Source of the DNA: Eledone cirrhosa
Lineage: Eukaryota
NCBI GenBank assembly: GCA_964016885.1
Contig: OZ024740.1
Span: 77,500,001 to 77,564,000 of the forward strand
Length of the DNA: 64,000 nt
Direction: 5' to 3'
A program made the position numbers and the translations under genes. Below the pieces are notes generated by a model. It was not told the origin of the DNA and ran no database searches. It was given only the letters and a program-made list of their open reading frames with translations. Of the stretch, positions 53,589 through 64,000 are shown in pieces; position 1 is the stretch's first letter, and every line of letters begins with the position of its first letter.

Positions 53589-54030
53589 AGTATGTATGTA
53601 TACGTACATACATATATGTATACAGACATACAGTAGCATGTATATATATACATACAGGCACACATATATACATGCACGTATCAGTTTGCCGAACATTTAT
53701 TATAATGCTCGGTTTGTTCGTTTGTAAACAAACAAACAGCCCGAATTACGCCGTACAGTGTTTAGGCAACCACATCACCTTTTTGTTCAACACTGACACA
53801 GGAACAATGTACTAGTTTCAAGCTTATTAGCTATCGTCAGCACCGTATACCTTTCTGCCAGATGGTTGAACGTCCAAAAGTATATACTTTCCTTATGAAA
53901 ATTGAGCATTACAATAAATGTTCGGTAAACTGATACGTGCATGTATATATGTGTGCATGTATGTATATATATACATGCTACTGTATGTCTGTATACATAT
54001 ATGTATGTACGTATACATACATACTTGCAT
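53584..54030. repeat. ~127-bp inverted repeat enclosing a hammerhead motif
   Basis: 53584-53710 is the near-reverse complement of 53904-54030. Confidence 0.88.
53806..53844 (-). ncRNA. Type I hammerhead motif
   Basis: Minus: GGTG-CTGACGA-T-AGCT(aata)AGCT-T-GAAA-CTAG-TA-CATT. Confidence 0.7.
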
Positions 54031-54084
54031 TTAAGTAAGTGCCGTACTAAGAGTGAGAAATGAAATTTCGTTTCATTCTATTCC

Positions 54085-54191
<107 letters not shown>

Positions 54192-54202
54192 CAAATATAA
54201 AT

Positions 54203-54283
<81 letters not shown>

Positions 54284-54306
54284 TACATACATTATATTTA
54301 TATAAC

Positions 54307-54372
<66 letters not shown>

Positions 54373-54430
54373 GTGAGGTTTTTTTTACAAAATGAAAAAT
54401 AACCAAGGTGTCCTACACGAGTGAAAGTAT

Positions 54431-54696
54431 AAAGAAAAAGAGATGAAATCGAAAATGCAACTGGAGTCTTATTTTTTTTTTAAATATATATATTTATTTG
54501 GTTCCTTTACCGGTTTCGATGAGTTGAGATGGAGGGTCTGTGGTTTTTCTCACAGATGTGAGAAAAACCACAGACCCACCATCTCAACTCACCTTTTGAA
54601 AAGCAGAAGAACTGCGAAACCGGTAAAGGAACCAAATAAATATATATATTTTTTTTAAAAATAAGACTCCAGTTGCATTTTCGATTTCATCTCTTT

Positions 54697-54700
<4 letters not shown>
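54431..54700. repeat. Nested long fold-back palindrome ending in (TA)n
   Basis: Outer arms ~54433-54518 / 54615-54700; inner hairpin GAGTTGAGATGG..TTCTCACA / TGTGAGAA..CCATCTCAACTC. Confidence 0.9.
54592..54629 (+). ncRNA. Type I hammerhead motif, U3-A8 variant
   Basis: CCTT-TTGAAAA-GCAG(aagaa)CTGC-GAAA-CCGG-TA-AAGG: all three stems pair. Confidence 0.75.
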
Positions 54701-54754
<54 letters not shown>

Positions 54755-54931
54755 TTATTTATTAAAATAACAGATTAAAGTTTAAGCAAAGAATCGCTGC
54801 TTTCACCCTTAACGGGATCTTCTGAAACTAACAAAGTCAATCTGTAAACGCAGAACTGGATATTTCAAAAAACGTTGCAATTTATCCTTATCGAGCCCTC
54901 TTTGGATTTTAGTCTTCAAAATTATTATTAT

Positions 54932-55004
<73 letters not shown>

Positions 55005-55517
55005 CACACACACACAAAGATATGATGTGTGTTGTGAGAGAGAGTAACATTCCAGTGAGACATATCGGGTGTAAATATGAAGAGGTGATGCTCGAACGAG
55101 TTAGTTCGACATTCACCTTTGGCTGGTATGTTGCAGAAAATCAAACACGAAGGTCAAACGACCGTTGAAATACCGACTAGAGACAAGGACACACACACAC
55201 GCATACACATGCACACACACATACATACACACACACATACACACACACATACACACACACACATGAACATTTGTATGTATATTTACACATACATATTTAT
55301 GTATGTATATATATCTCTATATATATATGACTGTGTTTGTATGTGTGTGTATATATATATATATATATATTATTTATTTATTTATATATACACATGCATA
55401 TACATATATAGATACGCATATATATATATATGTACGCATATATATGCATAGGTACACATCCATTCGTCCAGTCATCCATATAGTCATTCAACTATATACA
55501 TACACACACATACACAC

Positions 55518-55620
<103 letters not shown>

Positions 55621-56015
55621 CGCACCACCATAAAACACACACACACACACACACAACACGCATCTCTCCCCTCTCCCGTCACCATCTTAACCACACAGTC
55701 TATGCCTTCCTCCCCGGCAACAATCTCAATACTATTTGTCAAAGGAAATTTCTCGAATGTCTTTGTATTAAAATCTTTCAGCTATGATAGATTCCTTTAA
55801 GGGAATTTTCTAACACCCACCCTAGCCCTACCCCTTCTAGCACCACACCAAACTTTCTACCACCTCCATTTCTACCTCTCCTACACCACCTTAGTCTGTG
55901 TGTCGTGTTTATTATTGTGTTTTTTTCTTTTTTTTTTTGGGGGGGGGGGGGGGGGGTAGTATCGTTTTACTCTCTCTTTCACTCTATCAGTTTCTTTCTC
56001 GCTTTCTCTCTATCA

Positions 56016-56063
<48 letters not shown>

Positions 56064-56401
56064 GTATTTGTAAGCGTATGTGCTTATATATATATATATG
56101 CTAACGCGTGTATCTAAGCTTATGGAAGTGCGTGTGTAAGCATGTATGAGTATGCATGTGTAAGCGTGTGTTTATGCATATGTAAGCGTGGATGTGTATG
56201 TATGTGCAAGTGTGTGCGTGACTATGAATGTGTAAGCATGTGTGTGTATGTATGTGTGAAAGTGTCTTTCTGTTTGCATATGTGTATACGTAAAATGTGC
56301 TTTTGTATGTATGAGAATATTGTCGTGTGTGTGTGTGTGTGTGTGCGTGCGAGCGTGCATGCGTGCGTGTGTGTGTGTGCGTGCGTGCGAGCGTGCGTGC
56401 A

Positions 56402-56469
<68 letters not shown>

Positions 56470-56470
56470 C

Positions 56471-56584
<114 letters not shown>

Positions 56585-56863
56585 GTGTGAGAATATATGT
56601 GAGAGAGTGTGTGTTAGTGTTGTTGAAGACTCGACAACTTTCCAGTCTCAATTTCTTTATCAAAATTTCATATTTTCAAAGAATGCCTCTACAGTTCGTT
56701 TGGAACAACAACTTTCCTAAGTCCACATTTTTGTTAAGGTTTCCAGACACTCACGGTCTCATCAACGGGATTGTTGTTAATCCATCAACACTTTTATTAT
56801 AGGCATATATATTATATGAAGTTATATACAATTATTCTTACTTCGTCATCATTAATACTGTTT

Positions 56864-57365
56864 CTTGGTGAGGAGGGTGACTTTGGACATCCTGCAGGAC
56901 TAAAAACAAAACCTGTCAAAGGGCAAAAGAGCTCTTAAGAGTCAATGGCCATCCAAAATCACCGAGAGAGATGACCCCTTAGCCTTTGTCAAGGCAGAAT
57001 TCTAGGAGAAGGAAAACTCTGATATAACACCTGATTGTATCCAATGATGTTGACTTGTTCTTCTTTTTGGTAAATATCATCTTGGATAAGAGAGTGGGAC
57101 TGGCTTTGGGCAGTGCCCTTGCTCACTATAAAAGCTTCACGGCACAGGCATTGCTTTATATCTGGAGATCTCTCTGCACTTGTCGTCACATGGTACCATG
57201 GGCCCAGCACTATGTGTCAATAATTGTCACAAGTGTAGTGTTTGTACCAGAGTTTTCAAGTCGCTGGCTGGACTAAAAAGTCACACTCGTTCGACGCATC
57301 GGTAGGGGTTCTCCTACATGGATATAAAGTAGTGGCCGTACTCGAAAACGAGTTGGCAGCCACCA
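56864..57365. mobile_element. Second copy of the (TATG)n-associated unclassified repeat
   Basis: Shared with 27960-28935. Confidence 0.7.
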
Positions 57366-57964
57366 TATATGTATGCATGTATGTATGTATGTATTTAGTA
57401 TGTATTTATATATGTATGGATTTATGTATGTATATATATGTTTGTATGTATGTATAGCTAGTTTTCTCCATTAATAGGGTACAAGATTGTTCCATTGATC
57501 TGACCCCCAAAATGAATGTTTTTACGGCTGCCAAACAAGAAGCCAATGAAGATTTGCCGTGAAATGTCTAAACTACACGGAGATGACTCTTGAGTACCGA
57601 ATAGAATGGACCTCCTTCAGTTTCGGTGAGGAGTGTGGCAATTGTTCGATCAATGGAACAGCATGCTCATGGAATTAACCTGTATGTGGCTAAACAGTTC
57701 ACAGACACTTATACTCTTAAGGTAATTCTCAGAGAGATTAGGAGTGTGATGGTGTGGGTAATAAGCCGGGTCTTTTGGACTACATGTAAAGTACTTCTGG
57801 TGGGATTTCATACATTTCACACACAATGTGGCGTGTGGTGGAATACAACCCGGAACGTAATGATTACTAAACGAAATTCTAATCCATGTAGCGTCCGGAA
57901 AAGTAACGAGAAATGGGAGTTTCATCGGAGTGGGTCTTCTTGATGTTGTATGTATGTATGTAGA

Positions 57965-59310
57965 AAGGACAAGGGGTTTAATAACAGGATTAATAGTAGC
58001 ACAGAGAGACTGTCTCCTTAAAATATATCCCTGTGATATTCTATTTTATCAGTGAAAATAGAGTCCTCCTTTTTCTGTTTTTAACTTTAGGATAGTAGCC
58101 CAAGAAGACAGCTTCTCTATAGCTCTGATAAGGATGTCTGGGAATTTAGCAAATCGGAGGGCCTCTATCATCCAAGAGTGGGGAACAGAATCAAATTATT
58201 TCCTGAAGTCCAGCCAGACTGTAGACATATTCCTCCTAAGTTGTCGCACCTCCGACATCGTAGTTTTGTTGATTAGGAGTTGTTCAGCACACTCCCAAAT
58301 ACCTTTCTATCCAACTGCTTGTTCATCTGTGATAATGTTATTATTTTCACAGTGATCATGGAGAAATAGGTTCAGGCAGGCTGTATACATCTTATACATC
58401 AGGTTCCGGCATGCAATAGGTCGTTATTTTTTTGCCAAGCGGTTGTCTTTGTTCTTGGGGACCAGTATTGTTTGTACTAATGTCAACCATTCTGGTATAA
58501 GTGTATCTCCCTTAAGAACTTGTTGGTAGAGGTCGGTAAGATACCTCCGATAGAATATCAGTTTTTTGTACCAGTAGCCGACAACCATATCTCTTCCTGG
58601 TGTTTTCTTATCTTGGACTTTTCCTATCACAGTCTCAAGGGAATCCTCATTTATTCCGTATGTTTTTGTTGTAGTGTAGAAGTCGTTCTTTAGGATTTCT
58701 TTTACCCACAATGCATCTTGGTTGAAATTCTTCTTTTCACCCCCATATTTTTCTGCAGAAGAAATCTATGTCTTTCTGTGATGGGGCATCAGTGACATTT
58801 ATTACTTTGCCCTTCATGTCTCTATAGACTGGTGTTTGGTTTCATCTGAATTTTTTTATTAAGTACTTTTCTTTCGTCTACCCTCTTCAGGTGTCGACGT
58901 TTCTCGCTGACAGCTCTCAATTCTTGTTTGAGGGTGATCAGCTTATATTGAAGAATTCTGGTTGTACCAAACATCGTTTCTATTTTGTTTTTCACTCTTT
59001 GTTTTTGTTTGCAAGTAAGGAGAATCCTATGGTTTTTCGTAGGTCAGTAATCTTTTTTTCTATTTTAGTTATATATGATGGTACTTTTGGTAGTGTTTTG
59101 TTTTTGTTAATATCTCTGCTACCACCAAGATAATGCTTCACTGTCGTTGCTATGGCATGTAAACAGGCGTTGATTTGCCAAAATGTGGGGGTTATAATCT
59201 GTCGTAAATATGCATCCCCTATTTCATCAATAGCACATAAGATTTCATAATTTTGTTTTATTTCATTTAGTTCCACTAATGGATTTTACCTGTAACTTTC
59301 TAAATAATCG
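57965..59310 (-). pseudogene. R4/Dong-like RLE retrotransposon, RT N-terminal fragment
   Basis: KTPGRDMVVGYWYKKL, IPEWLT..TILVPK and frameshifted RPIACRNLMYKMYTA motifs; (TATG)n on both sides. Confidence 0.7.
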
Positions 59311-59610
59311 TATGTATATATACATGCATGTATGTATGTATGTATGTATATATGTATGTGTGTATGTAGGTATATATGCATGCATGCATGTATGTATGTA
59401 TGCATGCATGCATGTATGTATAAACGTACGTATGCATATGCGTTGAAGATACTATTTTGTCTTTAAATTAAAACCTACTTTCCTATTTACTCTCGAACAA
59501 CAACAAACACTACCAGAAAAACAGCAAAAACAGCCGCGAAAACAACAAAAAGAACCGCAAAAATAATAACAAAACAAGGAACACAACACCCACAATCATT
59601 TCTTTATTCT

Positions 59611-60005
59611 AATAATTGTTTCTACTTTTGGCACAAGGCCAGCAATTACCCCAGTGCATTACTGGTGTTTTATTTAATCGACCTCGTAAGGATGAAAGTC
59701 AAAGTTAACCTCGGCGGCATTTGAACTCAGATCATAAAGGGTCGTAACTCTATGCTGCAAAGCATAGTGTCTGACATCTACCGATACTGCCAATCCACCG
59801 CCCTCTTTATATAATAATTGTTTCTACTTTTGGCACAAGGCCAGCAATCACCCAGTACATTACTGGTACTTTATTTTATCGACCCCGTAAGGATGAAAGG
59901 CAAAGTTAACCTCGGCGGGATTTGAACTTAGACCATAAAGGGCCGTAACTCTTTTTTGCAAAGCATGGCGTCCGACCCTCTACCGATACTGCCAATCCAC
60001 CGCCC
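59611..60005 (-). mobile_element. Two tandem S1 SINEs
   Basis: Two reverse-complement S1 copies. Confidence 0.85.
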
Positions 60006-60875
60006 TCTTTATATAAATAATGTTCAACAAGAGCATCATCATCAACAAATAGAAAGTACGTTTCGTCATATACGGTAAGGTAAACAACTAGACGTAATGA
60101 CGTCACACCTTCTCAACCAATCATTGACAGCAATTAAAAACTCACGCATGTTTTCTTGATTTGCTTTTGTTATATTTTTCCTTGCTTTGCATTCTAATTA
60201 ACTTGTGGGCTGAGAACAAACAAATTTCGAAATTTATACTTATCTATATGTGTGATTGCACATATGTGTATATATATATATATATTTAAAAGAATAGAGG
60301 TGTAACCCACATATATATATATATATATATGTGTGTGGGGGGGGGGGGGGTGCACGCACGTATGTGTGTATGCGTGGGAGTGTGGGTGAGAGTATGTTTG
60401 CGCATATCTTTTTCCGTGTCTGTGTATCTGTGCGTGCTTGCGATCTTATGTAACACTATATCTATTAACATATATATGTGTGTGTGTGAATGCGTGTGTG
60501 TATGTGTATGTTTTTGTATGTGTGTGAAAAGTAAACGAAAATACAACACAGGATAACGATACAGTACAATGAAGATATGAATTAGTTTAACGCTTGATAT
60601 AGTAGGAAAAAAGACTTAACATATATATATCAAAGATAAAACTACATACACAAAGCTGAAATGTATGTAGAGAATTATACATTATAGTATATAATTACCA
60701 CGTCTTTTCAGAATTAGCTCAATGTATTTATATATTATATTGGTCTGAAGAAAAAGTAGATCTTTTCGGGGGAGAAAGAGTTAGAAAGACACATAAACAC
60801 AGCGCAATTATAATCAAATATATCGTTGGAAAAATTAGTTTTCACATCATTTTTGATTTGCCAATGGATAGACAT

Positions 60876-61031
60876 CAGGACCGTCTTAATAGCATTATAG
60901 GCCCCCGGGCAAAGCAGAGCACTGGGGCTCCTACCTACACAACCACTCACAGGAAAAAAATAACAATAGCCCCTATCCTCGTGGGGCCCCCAGGCAACTG
61001 CCCAGCGTGCCCATGCATTAAGACGGCCCTG
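60876..61031. mobile_element. hAT-type MITE
   Basis: TIRs CAGGACCGTCTTAA / TTAAGACGGCCCTG and perfect 8-bp TSD ATAGACAT (60868-60875, 61032-61039). Confidence 0.9.
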
Positions 61032-61470
61032 ATAGACATGAGACGTTTTCCGTCCTGTCTAAGGTGGGAATTTAAATTTGGATACATTCTCCATACAATT
61101 CAATGTTTTTTTTTATATTCCTCCGAAAATGGAGAAGTGCAAACAATATACCTTTATATCATTGTGTATGTATAGACCTTGATTATACGAATTTTCACCT
61201 AACATTATTCGAATAATCTGATGTACAACTCTCTTGAAACATGTGTAAAGAATTTTAAATGATTTAAAAGCTCATTTTGCTATCTACATATTTGATTGTA
61301 TATATATAAATATATATATATTGTTATACTTGGGGAGAGTCATATTGTTGTAATGATATTGCCAGAAATATATATTTATATTTAAAACGTAAACAGAAAT
61401 AACAACACAATCGATACAGTATATAGAAGGAATATATTAAGTTAACGCTTGAAATAGCAGGAAGAGGGTC

Positions 61471-61500
61471 GTAACGTTTCGGACGCTAGTCCTTCATCAG
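61471..61500 (-). ncRNA. Hammerhead core motif (stem I not evident)
   Basis: Minus: CTGATGA-A-GGAC(tagc)GTCC-GAAA-CGTTA. Confidence 0.55.
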
Positions 61501-62533
61501 AAGAAAGAATGAGAAATAAGATAGATTGAAGGGACGGGCAGGGTGGAATTGGAAAAAATGTCTTTAGATAAAAATAACAGGTCCATTCATGTTGACATCA
61601 TGAATGGTCAGGACTGGGTTACCTCCTCTTTGATGTGAAGTCACTTGTCCCTGAGAGTCGACGTTACTTCTACGTTCGCTGATGTCTATCGCGTGGTTTA
61701 GTGGATAGATATTCGAACCTTTCCATTCCAGGGAGGTTTATAGCCACTGAAGGCGTGACTCCAGCTATTTACGTAATGTTTACTAACATTAACTAATTTC
61801 TGTACCCGGTGGTTCGATTTGGATTATCGTTGGCAGATCAGAATCATGGAAACTAATGCATTGGTCTGGGGCTGGAAAAGCAAATTTCTTACCTACACGA
61901 AATCGTTTTTCTTACTAATTAACGTACGTATAAGTGTGCACTTAATAATACAGACTTAATTAAATTATTGAGCGAGTTGGAAAACAACTGAGACTGTGTT
62001 GTTCCTATTCAATAGACTTCGTTTCTTAATTATATATATGACATGCCATGTGTCATTTAGTTTAATATTTATAGATTTTCGATATAAAATTTGAAATTTT
62101 GTAATTCATTAAGTGCTTGCTTAATGCCTTCGGTATATGTGTAGATTATTAAGTCAGGATCAATTAAATATAAATGAATATGTATAAATGCATAAACAAA
62201 AAAAAATGCAAGAAAAAGTAAAAAACGGCTTTCAGCAGCTTCCGCCGACCAAATTGCTCTCGTAAATTATTGCTAAACCCAAGGAAAGTAGAAGACACAC
62301 GAGTTTGAAAATAGAACCACGTGGTTTCAAAGCGTACCACTTACCCACGCAGTGATGCTTGTATTATTTGGAATATAGATAAATTAATTGATAAACATAG
62401 ACGCAGGCATGACTTGTGTGCTTTCTGATTTCCCAATACTCCCTTGGGTAAGTGCCTCACTCTGACCAATGCAGCGTGAGTAAAATTTGGAAGACGGAAA
62501 TGGCAGATGCTCGTTGTATGTATATGTATGATG

Positions 62534-62591
<58 letters not shown>

Positions 62592-63174
62592 TTTATCCCG
62601 GGTTCAATCAGGGGTAACCACAGTATGTAAGGTACTCAATACAAAGCAGAGTATAAATATTTAATATAGAAAAGACTTCTACAGGAATAGAACTGTTTCA
62701 TTCCGGAGAAACGTAAACGTAACGTCTACCCACCATATATATATATGGAGGGAGTGGTATGCGTTTACATCTGTATCAGTCTTTATGTCGCGTAATCTAG
62801 CAGTCCGACAAAAACAGGATCGACAAAATAAACACAAGGCTTAAAAAGAAACTTAAATCTCTTTAAGGCATGGTCGCAGTCTAATGACTAAAAGCAAGAA
62901 AGGAATAAAATAAATAAAATCGTCGTAATTCACTGCGGCTTCATTTGACTAAAACGATTGTTTGTATCTCTCACGCTGTGATTTTACAAATGTAGTACTA
63001 AAGGAAACCTTTATTTGAGAATAATAAAAGAAGTGATGAAAAAATGAAAACTTCAATGTTAACAACGCTGCATATATACCCACATATGATTACATAAATA
63101 CATACATATATGCATATGTACATACATACATGCATCCATACGTTCGTATATACATGCATACATACATACATACT

Positions 63175-63980
63175 AACATCGGGGATATCACCCATGTCAT
63201 CAGCAGCTGCCCAAAGATGTAATCGCGGTACTATCTACCTATGAGGCATGATGTAATGGCCAAAACACTGTACAATGCAGTTCGTAAAAAAGATAGCCCC
63301 GGTAATAAGCACATTAAAAGCTACAGTAATGTGGAAGACATCCATGTACATAATATGAAAGAGTACTGGTGGAATGTTCTAGTAAAAACCACAATAAAAT
63401 GCAGGCATAACAGACCAGATATTATGATATGGGACAGGGAGAAGAAAACATGCACAGTAGTGGAAATTAGCTGCCCAGCAGATGCCAATACAATATCAAA
63501 TATTAGCGAAAAGAAGAATATTTATGCAGAACTGATGAGAAATCTGCAGATACTCCACCCTGATTACACCTTCAGATTTATGCCTGTGATTATTGGGACA
63601 CTGGGGTATGTTAGTAACTGCCTCAATACAAATCTTGAGAAGCTAGGCTTCACAGGAACAGAAAGAACACAACTAGTTAGGAAATTACAAGTACAATCCA
63701 TTAATGGAACAGTAAAAATATGTAAAACACTCCAAAAATGTTGCATCTAATAACTGCATATACACATGTACAGATACAAAGCATATACATATGCACACAT
63801 ACAACTCAAAACATACACATCCACACATACAATAACACCCATATCTACACATGCATGCATACATATCTACCTAGTTGATGTTGTGTAAATTCCAATGAGA
63901 GAGTCTGGTGTCTATGTTAGAAACCGACTCTCTCTATTGGGAAAAAAATTTGTGAAATTATAAAACCAGAAGAACATTCA
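63175..63980 (+). pseudogene. R4/Dong-like retrotransposon 3' end (zinc knuckle remnant + restriction-like endonuclease + 3' UTR)
   Basis: HVISSCP..RHD..YWWN..HNRPDIMIWD..VVEISCP..MPVIIGTLG; 3' UTR hairpin GAGAGAGTC..GACTCTCTC; (CATA)n flanks. Confidence 0.8.
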
Positions 63981-64000
63981 TACTTGCATACACGCATCTA

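Noticed and set aside
54791-54826. Minus-strand CAGAAGA-TCCC..GGGT-GAAA motif (similar weak cases at ~660-690, 12440-12475, 23610-23640, 62690)
   Set aside because: Core substitutions or missing UH/stem I; not distinguishable from chance by eye.

Overview
AT-rich, microsatellite-saturated eukaryotic (metazoan) intergenic or intronic DNA. The repeat content (dense (TA)n/(CA)n/(TAG)n tracts, abundant tRNA-derived SINEs) resembles an octopus/cephalopod genome; this is inference, not verified. I recognise no host protein-coding gene, and most listed ORFs are artefacts of simple repeats. Supported content: a frameshifted Penelope-like element (RT + C-terminal GIY-YIG, minus strand, 13.4-15.2 kb); a 5'-truncated L1/Tx1-like LINE with a 987-codon open ORF2 (19.0-22.2 kb) plus two related fragments; a ~13-kb array of a 38-bp satellite (33.5-46.6 kb); CRE-like and R4/Dong-like RLE retrotransposon fragments; three MITEs; two SINE families; two minisatellites. 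The most striking signal is about nine type I hammerhead ribozyme motifs with palindromic stem III loops, four with a U3-A8 co-varied core. They sit in short cassettes in or next to (TA)n tracts, several folded back into long hairpins. Three copies of one cassette family end at the same TTCC|TA junction. This points to TA-targeting, ribozyme-bearing Penelope-derived mini-elements (retrozyme-like). All structures were read by eye and need computational and experimental confirmation.
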